Shown piece by piece: positions 1 to 10,087 of a stretch of 64,000 nucleotides of DNA (the first letter of the stretch is position 1; every line of letters begins with the position of its first letter). The notes beneath the pieces were generated by a model, which ran no database searches, had not been told where the DNA came from, and saw only the letters and a list, made by a program, of their open reading frames with translations. Source of the DNA: an uncultured Gammaproteobacteria bacterium (GTDB lineage: Bacteria; Pseudomonadota; Gammaproteobacteria; JBGSLN01); NCBI GenBank assembly GCA_963695245.1, contig OY968770.1, positions 1,766,238 to 1,830,237 on the forward strand, read 5' to 3'. The position numbers and the translations under genes are program-made.

Positions 1-123
1 GAATGAAGTAAGCTTATGAAAAAAGTTTCATTAAAGCAAATGAATTTGTAAGTGACAGTCATTTGCTTTCATTTATTGTGTTTTTGACATGGTTGCTGCT
101 TTAATAAAATGTATATTTTAAAA

Positions 124-2625
124 TTATCCAGGGTAGCGTAATTCAGAGCGTCTGGGCGAAATGATTTCCTCTTCTGGCAAAGGTGTATCATTACATCCCA
201 TGGAAGAACCGGGTACTAGACGATTTTTTCTATCAATAAGCGCATTAATGCTGTCGCTGTCATCATCATTTCGTTTTACAGGAGAAGAGGGAAAGCCATC
301 CGTTGGATTAAGACCATCTCTTTCTTCTTTTGTGGCACTGAGTTTATCTGCAAGGAGGAGATTAAAAGTACCGTTGTTAACTGATTGAGATACAGGCTCT
401 AACTTTGTTGCTGACGCAGCGCTTAGCGTCAGAAACATGAGGGCCGCTGAAGAAAATGCTATCAGACCCCTCGATACTTTTTTCATACTGGCCGAGGAAG
501 GAATTTCTTCTTCATCAACAACTCTTTGAGTATTTGAATTTGGGTTTTGGGAGATCAGTGGCAGTTTTGGTGGTGAAAAAAATGTTTTCAAAGGTTCAAG
601 CCACTGAACAACTTTACTCGAAACAAATCTGCCAACTGCTGTGATTACACCATTAAATCCAAGTGCCTTAATTTTATTTAAAGGCTCTTCTTCTTTTAAA
701 ATAGGCGCATAAACACTTTTTGTTAATTTTGCCATTTCTACAGCATAAGGATCTATAAAGCCATCTACGTCACTTGCGCTAACCTGTTGACCTGCAACGC
801 CATTTTCACCGGTATTATTGATGCCTGCATCTTTGGCTTGATGGTTTTTCGTATATTTTTTAATTTTAGCTAAAGTTCTATCTGAGCGCATAGAGGGGGC
901 GAGGCCATGTCCAAATTCTGCTATGACCTCATAACTTGCCATAACTACGCAATTTTCCACGCCAGTGCGGTCTTCACTGTCATTACAGTTTACTCCAACT
1001 TCATGGCTAAGATTAGTTTCCTGACGATGAATACAGGCTTGAAGTTGGTAATTGTACTTTAAACTTTGTGAACGGTTTTTTTCCATTAGGAAATATAAAT
1101 TATCTAATTCACGAAGCAAATTGTATTGTTGTATGAGTTCAGGTGCTACATTTGGATTTTTAAAAACTGACTTTTGAAGATTTTTGAGTTCTTTATTTAA
1201 AATTTGAGATAAGTCTTTGAAATATGCTTGTTTTGCATCAAAGAGTTTTTTTTCAAAGTAATGATGGGCTTTCAATGCTTTATCAAAATCTTTGAGCAAT
1301 TTGTTAAGTTTGTGCTCATCCAAGCTGTTGTAGTTATCATGAAGCTTTTGTATGATAGCTTCAACATTCATCCAAGACTGATCTCTTTGAATTTCTAGGG
1401 GTTTAAATTTAGTCTGCATTTCAATAGCAAACGCTTCAAATAACAAAGATGAATCATTTCCTATAACAGGGTTGATTGACTTAAGTTTTGAGCAAGTATC
1501 TGAAATGAGCTGATTATAATACCGGGTATTGATATAAAACTTAATGGGATCACTTAAGCTGTTTTTACGCATTACATTTACACCTTCTACCATATACCGC
1601 ATAGGCAAAGTAGATTTTCGATGATTTTGCAGTAAAAAAGCCAGGTAAGTGTAGCGGGTTTGTTCATAGCCGTGCTGCTCGTCAATAGCTTTAGCAGCAC
1701 GGTGAACGGGGCTTAAAAGGGAGATTTGGGTGAAAGCTTTGGGTGGATTCCCAGCGTGTAAACCCAGTACTGATTCGTGGCGCTGCTTGACTTGGGACAC
1801 AGTCTGTTGAAAAGCCAGTAAAGGATCATTTATGTTATCAATGGCCATGTAATTAGCTGCACGAGTACATTGATTAAAAATGGTAACTTCACCGGTTTTT
1901 GGATCTCGTCTACCCATAATATGCAAAACATAGTTTGCCAACTCGCCAGAGTCTCGTTTGTAGCTTTGATGAGTATAGGGTACTTTTTTGGTACCATCCG
2001 TATGCATGCCCAGTGGAATTTCCGCGGTAAAATAGCCAGTTTCTGCTTCAATATTCACAAAGCTTTTACGCTGAGTTTTACTGATGGCCTCTATTTCTGC
2101 TTTTCTTAAATTTGTTAAAAAAGTATGGTATTGTTCTTCAGTAAGTTTTTTTGTGTCATAGAAAGCTTTAGCCATATCGACAAAAATGATGTTTTGTACA
2201 AAAGTCTCAAAGTTTTCTAAAACTTTTTTTAAACCTTTAACCTCTAAAGCTTTGACATCAAGGTCAAAATGTTTTTTTATGTAGGCAAGATACCCTATTT
2301 TCTTGCGTTTTAAATCTTGAAGAGAGTGAGAGTTTGTGGTGGGTGGTTTTTCAATCAATGTCAAAAAAGCTTTCTCAATGCTTGAAAGTCTATCTAGGAG
2401 CAGTTGAGTAGAAGGTTTATATTGATCATCCTTAGAAAAGACGCGTAATTGCGCGCCATTAAGTTCTAAATGGCATTTCAAATCTTCTGGCAATTTCGTA
2501 CCAGTATTAAAACTAAAGGTTGCCTGTCGTGCGACTGCATTAGGAGTAAGCCCATCATTTATTTGAGCTTGTGCAAAACCAAGCTCTAAAAGCTCTGTTA
2601 ATCCTTCAATGTGGTGTGAGTGCAT
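124..2625 (-). CDS. Large hypothetical protein (833 aa), no recognisable enzymatic motif. Hydrophobic C-terminal segment. Candidate secreted effector.
   Basis: Long uninterrupted ORF. No Walker, AAA+ or VgrG-like motifs. AT-rich codon usage. Confidence 0.6.
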   Translation of the reverse strand: MHSHHIEGLTELLELGFAQAQINDGLTPNAVARQATFSFNTGTKLPEDLKCHLELNGAQLRVFSKDDQYKPSTQLLLDRLSSIEKAFLTLIEKPPTTNSHSLQDLKRKKIGYLAYIKKHFDLDVKALEVKGLKKVLENFETFVQNIIFVDMAKAFYDTKKLTEEQYHTFLTNLRKAEIEAISKTQRKSFVNIEAETGYFTAEIPLGMHTDGTKKVPYTHQSYKRDSGELANYVLHIMGRRDPKTGEVTIFNQCTRAANYMAIDNINDPLLAFQQTVSQVKQRHESVLGLHAGNPPKAFTQISLLSPVHRAAKAIDEQHGYEQTRYTYLAFLLQNHRKSTLPMRYMVEGVNVMRKNSLSDPIKFYINTRYYNQLISDTCSKLKSINPVIGNDSSLLFEAFAIEMQTKFKPLEIQRDQSWMNVEAIIQKLHDNYNSLDEHKLNKLLKDFDKALKAHHYFEKKLFDAKQAYFKDLSQILNKELKNLQKSVFKNPNVAPELIQQYNLLRELDNLYFLMEKNRSQSLKYNYQLQACIHRQETNLSHEVGVNCNDSEDRTGVENCVVMASYEVIAEFGHGLAPSMRSDRTLAKIKKYTKNHQAKDAGINNTGENGVAGQQVSASDVDGFIDPYAVEMAKLTKSVYAPILKEEEPLNKIKALGFNGVITAVGRFVSSKVVQWLEPLKTFFSPPKLPLISQNPNSNTQRVVDEEEIPSSASMKKVSRGLIAFSSAALMFLTLSAASATKLEPVSQSVNNGTFNLLLADKLSATKEERDGLNPTDGFPSSPVKRNDDDSDSINALIDRKNRLVPGSSMGCNDTPLPEEEIISPRRSELRYPG

Positions 2626-2820
2626 GGTTTTATGTCCCTTTGATTATCTTTTAAGCCCATTGTACACCTCAAAACTTAAGGAAAACTTAACAAAATCCAT
2701 AGATTTACTTATCAATACCCAAAGTATTTATTGCACAATTTTTGAATGCAAAATAGGACAAGTTTGTATTCGTATAACGACCATGGTAAAGTTTCGGAAA
2801 TTTTCTTTAAAAATCAGTAA

Positions 2821-3594
2821 ATGATTGAATTAGAAGGTCTTTCCAAGACCTATAATAACGGCCAAACCTATGTGGTTGATCACATTAATGCGGTTTTCCC
2901 CGATGGTGAAATCATCATTCTCTTAGGTTCTTCCGGCTGTGGCAAAACCACTACCTTAAAAATGATTAATTGTCTGGTAAAACCTTCCTCAGGCAGAGTA
3001 TTATTAGATGGTGAAAATGTCGTTAAACAAAATCCGGTGAAACTAAGGCGACGGATTGGTTATGTATTTCAAGGCGTAGGGCTTTTCCCCAATATGAACG
3101 TGGCCGAAAATGTATCTATTTTGCTAAAACTACTCAAACATTCAAAAAAAGAGTGTCGCACGCGAGCAGAAGCACTGCTTGAACTTGTAGATCTTGATCC
3201 TGCAATTTATGCCGACCGTGATATACATGAATTGTCAGGTGGACAACAGCAACGGGTTGGGGTGGCCAGAGCTTTGGCAAATAACCCTAAATATCTTTTA
3301 ATGGATGAACCCTTTGGCGCGCTAGACTCTATCACTCGCAATACTTTGCAGGAAGAATTGTTAAAGATAAATAAAGAGTTGAAAAAAACCATTGTCTTTG
3401 TAACCCATGATATTGCTGAAGCTTTTCGTTTGGCGGATAAAATTGTCATCATGCATAGCGGTAAAATTGAGCAAATGGGGCAGGCACAGGAAATTTTAAA
3501 TCATCCGGCAACCGAATTTGTGGCAGAACTCATTAATACCCATAAACATCAGGTGGAGTTAATGCAGGAAACCATGACCCAAATCTCAGAGTAA
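2821..3594 (+). CDS. ABC transporter ATP-binding protein, osmoprotectant (glycine betaine/choline, OpuC/ProU-type) family
   Basis: Walker A GSSGCGKTT, ABC signature LSGGQQQRV and Walker B LLMDEPFGALD. Immediately followed by a permease gene. Confidence 0.85.
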   Translation: MIELEGLSKTYNNGQTYVVDHINAVFPDGEIIILLGSSGCGKTTTLKMINCLVKPSSGRVLLDGENVVKQNPVKLRRRIGYVFQGVGLFPNMNVAENVSILLKLLKHSKKECRTRAEALLELVDLDPAIYADRDIHELSGGQQQRVGVARALANNPKYLLMDEPFGALDSITRNTLQEELLKINKELKKTIVFVTHDIAEAFRLADKIVIMHSGKIEQMGQAQEILNHPATEFVAELINTHKHQVELMQETMTQISE

Positions 3595-3605
3595 AGACTA
3601 TCGAT

Positions 3606-5126
3606 ATGTGGCATCTTTTATTTATTAAACTCATTGAACAGTTTGATTTGGTTATTTTATCAACTTTAATTGCCCTTGTTGTTGCTGTGCCATTGGGAAT
3701 TATTGTTTTTCGGTTTGAAAGACTCAAACGGTTTACCTTAAGCGCTGCCAGTGTGCTTTGGACAATTCCAAGTCTTGCCTTGCTGGCATTTTTCATCCCA
3801 TTTTTGGGGATTGGTATTAAACCTGCCATCATTGTTTTATCTATTTATGCTTTGTTGCCAATTTTGCGAAATGTCATCGTAGGTTTAGAAAATATTTCCC
3901 CCAAAATGATTGAAGCAGCCAATGGACTGGGCTTTACCAAATGCCAGCGGCTCTATATGGTTGAGCTGCCTTTAGCCTTTCCTGTGATGATAGCAGGCAT
4001 TAGAACCGCGGTTTCCATAACGGTTGGTGTGGCAACGCTGGCAGCCTTTATTGGCGCTGGTGGTTTGGGTGACTTTATTAATCAAGGGCTTGCCATGAGT
4101 GATACCAGCTTATTACTCTGGGGCGCAATTCCTGCTGCAGTAATGGCGGTTTGTCTGGACATGATGATAGGTTTTTTTGAAAAAGACATTCATCTAAAGG
4201 ATCGCACAGCTATTTTTCATCGAATCAAACAGGTTTTTGTTTACAGCCTTGCCTTATTAATTATTTTATTTTTAGCTGGCAGAGCTATTTACAAAGATTT
4301 TGGTACACAATCCGACAATACCGTGATAGTCGCCACCAAAAATTTCACAGAACAGTTTATTTTGGGACAGATGATAGTCCAGATGCTCCAGGCACATACA
4401 GATTTGAACGTTGAAACTAAATTCAATCTCGGAGCTACCTCACTTGTGCAAAAAGCTTTGCTGCGTGGGGATGTGGATATGTATCCAGAGTATACTGGCA
4501 CAGCTTACACGGTGGTATTACATCAGAAAAAAACTGGCACACCACAACAGATTTTTGATTATGTGAAAGATGAGTACCAAAAACGATTCCACTTAACCTG
4601 GCTGCCACCTTTTGGCTACAACAATACCGAAGCTATCATTGTGAAACAATCCTTTGCTAAACAACATCAGTTAAACTCAATTAGCGACTTAAAAGCCATT
4701 GATTCGAATCTTACCATCGGTGCGCCTGCTGGATTTTTGAAGCGACCGGATGGATTTAGAGGCTTAAAAGAAGTTTATGGTTTAAATTTTAAATCGATTA
4801 AACAAATGAATCCTGGGTTAATGTACCAGGCTATTCGCACAAATTCAGTGAATGTGATTGCTGGTTTTTCCACTGATGGACGCATTACTGCCTATCATCT
4901 TAAGATTTTAAAAGATAATAAACACTTTTATCCGCCTTATTACGCTGCCATTGTGATTCGTGAGCAAACCTTAAAACAACATCCACAAATTTATGTGGCT
5001 TTAAAACCTTTGTTTGGTTTAATTAATGATAAAACCATGCAGCGGTTAAATTATGAAGCGGATATTGAAAAAAAATCCCCTAAACTCATTGCCTATGAAT
5101 TTTTAAAGCAGCATCATTTACTTTGA
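3606..5126 (+). CDS. Fused ABC permease and periplasmic substrate-binding domain (OpuBC/ProWX-like osmoprotectant uptake)
   Basis: N-terminal multi-TM permease region with an EAA-like loop. C-terminal ~300 aa resembles glycine betaine/choline-binding proteins. Operon with the upstream ATPase. Confidence 0.8.
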   Translation: MWHLLFIKLIEQFDLVILSTLIALVVAVPLGIIVFRFERLKRFTLSAASVLWTIPSLALLAFFIPFLGIGIKPAIIVLSIYALLPILRNVIVGLENISPKMIEAANGLGFTKCQRLYMVELPLAFPVMIAGIRTAVSITVGVATLAAFIGAGGLGDFINQGLAMSDTSLLLWGAIPAAVMAVCLDMMIGFFEKDIHLKDRTAIFHRIKQVFVYSLALLIILFLAGRAIYKDFGTQSDNTVIVATKNFTEQFILGQMIVQMLQAHTDLNVETKFNLGATSLVQKALLRGDVDMYPEYTGTAYTVVLHQKKTGTPQQIFDYVKDEYQKRFHLTWLPPFGYNNTEAIIVKQSFAKQHQLNSISDLKAIDSNLTIGAPAGFLKRPDGFRGLKEVYGLNFKSIKQMNPGLMYQAIRTNSVNVIAGFSTDGRITAYHLKILKDNKHFYPPYYAAIVIREQTLKQHPQIYVALKPLFGLINDKTMQRLNYEADIEKKSPKLIAYEFLKQHHLL

Positions 5127-6280
5127 TCACTGTTTTTTAAAATCACCGCCTGAATCATTTCACAGGTTTTTTGCATGACTCGAATATTATGGCAGCAGGC
5201 CAGGGGCGCATACAAAGCCTGACGGGTTTTAAATAAGAAATGCAAATAGGCCCGCGAATAATTCTGGCAGGTGTAACAGTCGCAGTCAGCTAAAATAGGA
5301 CTGTCATCTTTGGCATAAATACTTTTTTTAATTAAAATTCGACCTTCGGTATCAGAATCAAATCGTAACCAATCATTTTCTTTGACTAAAGTACCATGGT
5401 AAAGCGAACCGTGTCTTGCATTACGAGTTGGAGCAACACAATCAAAAATATCTACGCCTTGGGCAGTAACATCAATCAAATCCTGCGGTTTTAAACCAAC
5501 CCCCATGGTATAGCGAGTTTTATTATGAGGAAGCAGGGAACAAACCCAATTTAATACTTCTATGGTTTTTTCCATATCAAAACCAATTAGCTCTCCACCG
5601 ATGGCTATTCCGTCTAGATCTGCAGATAAAATCTCTTGAGTGCATTCAAGTCGTAAATCTTTATAACTGCCTCCTTGAATAATACCAAATAGAGCCTGTC
5701 TAAAACCATAAATAGAATTAGGATGCTTTAGATGCGTTTCAATAGACTCACCCAACCAGTGCCTGGTTCTTTCCATGGCTTTTAAAGCCGCCTGACGGCC
5801 ACCTTTTTCAGGGGTACATTCATCAAAAACCATGATGATATCCGCACCAATGATTTTTTGAGTTTCAATGGAAATTTTAGGCGTCATTGAAATTTTTCGG
5901 CCATCTATGGGATGTTTAAACACAGCGCCCCTGTCATTAATTTTGCAAATATCAGAATTTTTAGACAGACTAAATACCTGAAAGCCGCCACTGTCCGTCA
6001 GCATTGGACCTTGCCAACCCATCATTTTATGCATCCCACCGGCAGCTTCAATAATATCCATGCCAGGGGCGACCAACATGTGATAGGTGTTACCACCTAA
6101 AATAATCTGTGAGCCTGTTTGATGTAATTCATGGGAAGATAAACAGTTGACTGCTGCCCGAGTACCCACAGGCATAAAAGTGGGTGTGGTAAAGCTACCG
6201 TGAGGGGTTGTGACTTTGGTAATGCGAGCGGGTTTATTCCGATGTTGCCTAACAAGCTCAGTAGTAAAAATATTTTGCAT
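5114..6280 (-). CDS. tgt: Queuine tRNA-ribosyltransferase
   Basis: TPAFMPVGT-like N-terminus (TPTFMPVGT) and conserved Tgt core. Start placed at the internal Met (MQNIF); the ORF-track start at 6352 is probably an upstream extension. Confidence 0.85.
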   Translation of the reverse strand: MQNIFTTELVRQHRNKPARITKVTTPHGSFTTPTFMPVGTRAAVNCLSSHELHQTGSQIILGGNTYHMLVAPGMDIIEAAGGMHKMMGWQGPMLTDSGGFQVFSLSKNSDICKINDRGAVFKHPIDGRKISMTPKISIETQKIIGADIIMVFDECTPEKGGRQAALKAMERTRHWLGESIETHLKHPNSIYGFRQALFGIIQGGSYKDLRLECTQEILSADLDGIAIGGELIGFDMEKTIEVLNWVCSLLPHNKTRYTMGVGLKPQDLIDVTAQGVDIFDCVAPTRNARHGSLYHGTLVKENDWLRFDSDTEGRILIKKSIYAKDDSPILADCDCYTCQNYSRAYLHFLFKTRQALYAPLACCHNIRVMQKTCEMIQAVILKNSDQSK

Positions 6281-6394
6281 AGTCTGATGTTTGCTGAAAA
6301 AGATAATTAACGATTCAATGTTACCACGGATTACAATTTTTTTCTGCTGCAATCTTCCTTTGTCTAAATAGGGATAGGGTGTCGAATCCTAAAA

Positions 6395-6435
6395 TTTATA
6401 GGACTTGCGATAAACTCCGATTTACATTTATTTTG
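6395..6435. repeat. Solo terminal-inverted-repeat remnant of the MITE family (taggacttgcgataaactccgatttacatt) with no palindromic core
   Basis: Matches the TIR that flanks the full MITE copies at 9021 and 52991. Confidence 0.5.
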
Positions 6436-6548
6436 CCTGTAACTCTAAGTTTTTCGTCCTAATTTAAATTTATCTTTGCAAAAGTATAATATTGGTGTAT
6501 TAAGTTATTTATTGAGTTCTTCACTTTAAATTTTAAATAGCTATACTC

Positions 6549-8009
6549 ATGTTTAACACACTTTTTATCATAGATGATAATTCAGAGCAGATTTCCCAAA
6601 AGCTAATAAAGACTATAGACTTTGAGACTTATCTTCAGGATTATCCGAAACTAAACTCTGTCAAAATACAGATTATCAATCTTTGCAATACAGAACGTTA
6701 CTTAGGCCAAGGGTATTATTGCTCTTTACTGGCTGAAGCCCGGCAACATCGGGTTTTACCCACAGTTAAAACCATTAATTCCTTACGAGTATTTTTAGAC
6801 AAGGAAGGTGGAATGATACTGATTGAAACCCCTTCCAAAGTAAAATCAAAAATGAATCCTCCTGAGCTTACCACGCATGTCATATGTATGGGAGAGGTGG
6901 CGGATGAAAACTGGAAGGCGTTGGCAAAACGGATTTTTCAGCAATATCAGGCGCCTTTACTAACCATGAGGATTCGTTGTGCTGATGAAAAACTAATGGT
7001 TAATATACAAAGATGTACTTTGGCAGATTTGACCGATGACCAACAGGCCTTTTGTTTTAAGATTCTTGCAGAGTATTCTCAGTTAAGCTGGCGAAAAAAT
7101 GGTACTCAAAAAAAGTATCGTTGGGAAATGGCGATCTTAGTCAATCAAGCTGAAACAGCCCCCCCTAGCAATAAAGGCGCTATTTTGCGATTTGTAAAAG
7201 CCGCTGAAAAACAGGGGGTTAGGGCAAATATCATTGATGCAAATGCAGTTTTTCATTTGAATCAGTATGATGCATTATTTTTAAGAGAAACAACAGCTAT
7301 TGATCACTACACTTATCAACTATCTTGTGAAGCAGAAAAGCACGGATTAGTGGTAATTGATGATCCGACTTCAATTCTTCGATGTTGTAACAAAGTCTTT
7401 TTACATGATGCTTTCAATTATCATAAAGTCTCTAGTATTCCTACTTTATTTGTCCGTAATAACACTGATAACACTATTGAACAAATCGAGCAGTTTGGAT
7501 ACCCAGTTATTTTGAAAATGCCGGAAGGTTCATTTTCAAAAGCTGTGTATAAGGTAGAAAATCAGGCCCAACTCAGACTCAAGTTGCAAGAATTATTAGT
7601 TGATTCAGCAATTATCTTAGCTCAAAAATATGTTTATACCGAGTATGATTGGCGTATCGGCATCTTAAATGGACGGGCTATCTATGCTTGTCGATATTAT
7701 ATGGCGAAGAATCACTGGCAAATATACAATCATAAATCCAGAAGACATTTTACCGGTGGATTTGACACGCTGCCAACTTTTGAAGTTCCAAGGTTTGTTT
7801 TAGACGCAGCTCTAAAAGCTGCATCTATCGCAGGTATGGGCTTTTATGGGGTTGATTTAAAAGTTTTTGCAAATAAAGCTTATGTATTAGAAGTAAATGA
7901 TAATCCCAGCATTGATTATGGTGTTGAAGATAATTATCTGGGCGAAGAGTTGTATATGCAAATAATGGCTGAGTTCATCAGACGTTTAGAACTTAGAGGC
8001 CGAAAATGA
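6549..8009 (+). CDS. RimK-like ATP-grasp ligase with an N-terminal RLAN-type domain (alpha-L-glutamate ligase-related)
   Basis: C-terminal ATP-grasp region (residues ~300-486), preceded by a ~200 aa N-terminal domain. Overlaps the downstream GNAT gene by 4 nt. Confidence 0.65.
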   Translation: MFNTLFIIDDNSEQISQKLIKTIDFETYLQDYPKLNSVKIQIINLCNTERYLGQGYYCSLLAEARQHRVLPTVKTINSLRVFLDKEGGMILIETPSKVKSKMNPPELTTHVICMGEVADENWKALAKRIFQQYQAPLLTMRIRCADEKLMVNIQRCTLADLTDDQQAFCFKILAEYSQLSWRKNGTQKKYRWEMAILVNQAETAPPSNKGAILRFVKAAEKQGVRANIIDANAVFHLNQYDALFLRETTAIDHYTYQLSCEAEKHGLVVIDDPTSILRCCNKVFLHDAFNYHKVSSIPTLFVRNNTDNTIEQIEQFGYPVILKMPEGSFSKAVYKVENQAQLRLKLQELLVDSAIILAQKYVYTEYDWRIGILNGRAIYACRYYMAKNHWQIYNHKSRRHFTGGFDTLPTFEVPRFVLDAALKAASIAGMGFYGVDLKVFANKAYVLEVNDNPSIDYGVEDNYLGEELYMQIMAEFIRRLELRGRK

Positions 8010-8488
8010 GTCCCAGTTTTCATATAAAACCAGCAGTCATAAGTGATAAGCTTCAGCTTCTTGAAATCGAAGCTGCATGTTTTAAGCAGGATAAAATTAC
8101 TTCAAGACAAATGCATTATTTGTTATCTGCTGCAAAAGCCGTAACATATGTGGTTGAGATAAAAGACAAAGCAGTTGGATATTGTTTATGTTTGATACCA
8201 AAGTTAAATAAGCCGGCCCGCATTTATTCTTTGGCTGTTCTGCCTGCCTGTCAGGGACAAGGGTTAGCCTATGCATTGTTAAATTATGCAGTCCATGAAT
8301 TAATTGAACTGGGCTACTCAAAATGTCGTCTCGAAGTTGCCTGTAACAATAGTTCTGCCCGTAAATTATACTGTAGCTTTGGGTTTTATGAAATTAAGGC
8401 ATTGACAGGATATTATGAAGATCATTCAGGTGGCTTGAGGATGGAAAAAAGACTTTGCTATAATGGTAGTAAAATAACAAATGGATAA
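8006..8488 (+). CDS. GNAT family N-acetyltransferase (RimI-like)
   Basis: Acetyl-CoA binding motif Q/RGQGLAYALL and a 160 aa size typical of GNAT proteins. Confidence 0.75.
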   Translation: MSPSFHIKPAVISDKLQLLEIEAACFKQDKITSRQMHYLLSAAKAVTYVVEIKDKAVGYCLCLIPKLNKPARIYSLAVLPACQGQGLAYALLNYAVHELIELGYSKCRLEVACNNSSARKLYCSFGFYEIKALTGYYEDHSGGLRMEKRLCYNGSKITNG

Positions 8489-8993
8489 GAAAGTAATGCA
8501 AACCTGGTTTAAAACTTTTTTCTGTGGAATTTTATTGATTGGCTTAAGCGCTAATGCCTTTGCCAGTGACCAAAACTGTTATCGCAACTATTCGAACACA
8601 CAAATTTTAGCCTGGTCTTACGAAGCGATGCTTTCCAGTTATAATTTCAGTTTTGTCAATGAAGGAAAACACTTTTGGAAAGCCAGACAGTACTTTAAAA
8701 CTGAGGCTTGGAAAAGTTTTTACCGTTCCATACAACCTTCTTTGAGTCAGGTTAAAGCAAAAAAACTAGTAGTTTCAGTAGGCCTTGAAAATTCACCGGT
8801 GATTATCAATCAAAGCTCTAAACACTGGCGAGTGATGCTACCATTGATTATTCATTATCAGCAGCAAAATAAAGACACTACCGTAAAACAAACAGTGACT
8901 CTTCAAATTGCAGAGGATGATGACTGTGCTTACGGGAAAAATCTAAAAATTATAGACTTCAGTATCAATAAAGCAAAAAACATCTCTAATTAA
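8481..8993 (+). CDS. Hypothetical secreted protein with an N-terminal signal peptide
   Basis: Hydrophobic signal peptide ending AFASD. Translationally coupled to the GNAT gene. Confidence 0.55.
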   Translation: MDKKVMQTWFKTFFCGILLIGLSANAFASDQNCYRNYSNTQILAWSYEAMLSSYNFSFVNEGKHFWKARQYFKTEAWKSFYRSIQPSLSQVKAKKLVVSVGLENSPVIINQSSKHWRVMLPLIIHYQQQNKDTTVKQTVTLQIAEDDDCAYGKNLKIIDFSINKAKNISN

Positions 8994-9020
8994 TTAAGAT
9001 ACTGATTTGAGCACAATACA

Positions 9021-9204
9021 ATTAGGACTTACGATAAACTTCGATTTACATTCAAAATAAATGTAGGTTGGGCTGAGGTCGGAAGCCCAACGGGGTATTC
9101 ATTTAATTGCGGCCTTATTTAGTTGCCACGGCTTGTTGGGCTTCCGACCTCAGCCCAACCTACATTTATTTTTTATTTTATATAAAGTTAATCGCAAGTC
9201 CTAA
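9021..9204. repeat. Full MITE-like nested palindromic element with ~35 bp terminal inverted repeats
   Basis: Left TIR ttaggacttacgataaacttcgatttacattcaaa. Core aatgtaggttgggctgaggtcggaagcccaac, then a spacer, then the inverted core. Right TIR ataaagttaatcgcaagtcctaa. Confidence 0.8.
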
Positions 9205-9212
9205 CAATTATA

Positions 9213-10061
9213 TTATAGTAGGCCAAGCTCTTTGTAGCGTTCTTCAGAGTAACTTTTGCAAGTGTGCCTTTCGGATAATTTTACTTCAGGTCGTGGATGT
9301 AGAAATAGAGGCATAGAAAGTCTTGGTTCAGAGACTTTTTTGCCTTCAGGGTTAATGACCCGATGGGTTGTGGCATGGTAATAACCATTTGTACACTCAT
9401 GTAGCATATCTGCAATATTAACAATGATGGTATTGGGCTCACAGGGGACATCCAGCCATTGATTTTCTTTGGTGAGCAACTGTAAGCCTTCAGCAGTGGC
9501 AGCAGGTAATAGGGTGATGAGATTGATATCTTCATGGGCCTGAGCGCGAATCGCACCAGGCTGCTCTTTACCGGTCAGTGGCGGATAGTGGATAATCCTT
9601 AGCATGATATTGGGACTGTTTTCAATCATTTTTGACAAGGGCATGGATAATTTGGCGGTGATGTGTTCTGGGGTATTTTTTTCAATCCAATTCAGCAAAG
9701 TTGCAGCCAATTGCGTCATTTGTTCATAAAGTTTTTGTGTATCAGTTTTTAAGCTTTGAGGGCATCTACCCCAACGGTAATAATGAAAAAATTCTTTAAT
9801 ATCTTTGATGTCATGACCTTTGGCAGTCTCAGATAAATCCATCGGTATATGTCCATCATGAGTTTTTTGGCTAAATAAGTAAGGTTGCTGTTCGGTTTTA
9901 TCCCAGTGAAAATAATCCTGCCATTGTTTGTAAACGTGTTTCACTAAATCATAATCGACGGGATGGTGACTAATAATGCCAAATCCTGTGTCCACTAAAG
10001 ACTGCGTAAAAATCTCAGGTGCCTTGGGATCACGATAATCTACGGTTTTTAAATCTGTCAT
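9213..10061 (-). CDS. 2OG-Fe(II) oxygenase family protein (isopenicillin N synthase-like)
   Basis: HxD...H iron-binding motif (HEDINLITLL, HATTHRV) and a 282 aa size. Confidence 0.7.
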   Translation of the reverse strand: MTDLKTVDYRDPKAPEIFTQSLVDTGFGIISHHPVDYDLVKHVYKQWQDYFHWDKTEQQPYLFSQKTHDGHIPMDLSETAKGHDIKDIKEFFHYYRWGRCPQSLKTDTQKLYEQMTQLAATLLNWIEKNTPEHITAKLSMPLSKMIENSPNIMLRIIHYPPLTGKEQPGAIRAQAHEDINLITLLPAATAEGLQLLTKENQWLDVPCEPNTIIVNIADMLHECTNGYYHATTHRVINPEGKKVSEPRLSMPLFLHPRPEVKLSERHTCKSYSEERYKELGLL

Positions 10062-10087
10062 GGATTAACTCACTTTTTTAATCATAG

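Noticed and set aside
161-388. Short plus-strand ORFs (161-388, 456-644, 1870-2109 and similar) nested inside the 833 aa minus-strand gene
   Set aside because: They lie entirely within a much longer ORF on the opposite strand and have low-complexity composition. They are shadow ORFs.
124-2625. The 833 aa protein was considered as the missing ClpV/TssH or VgrG of the T6SS
   Set aside because: It has no Walker A/B or AAA+ motifs and no gp27/gp5-like N-terminus, and its position is remote from the cluster.
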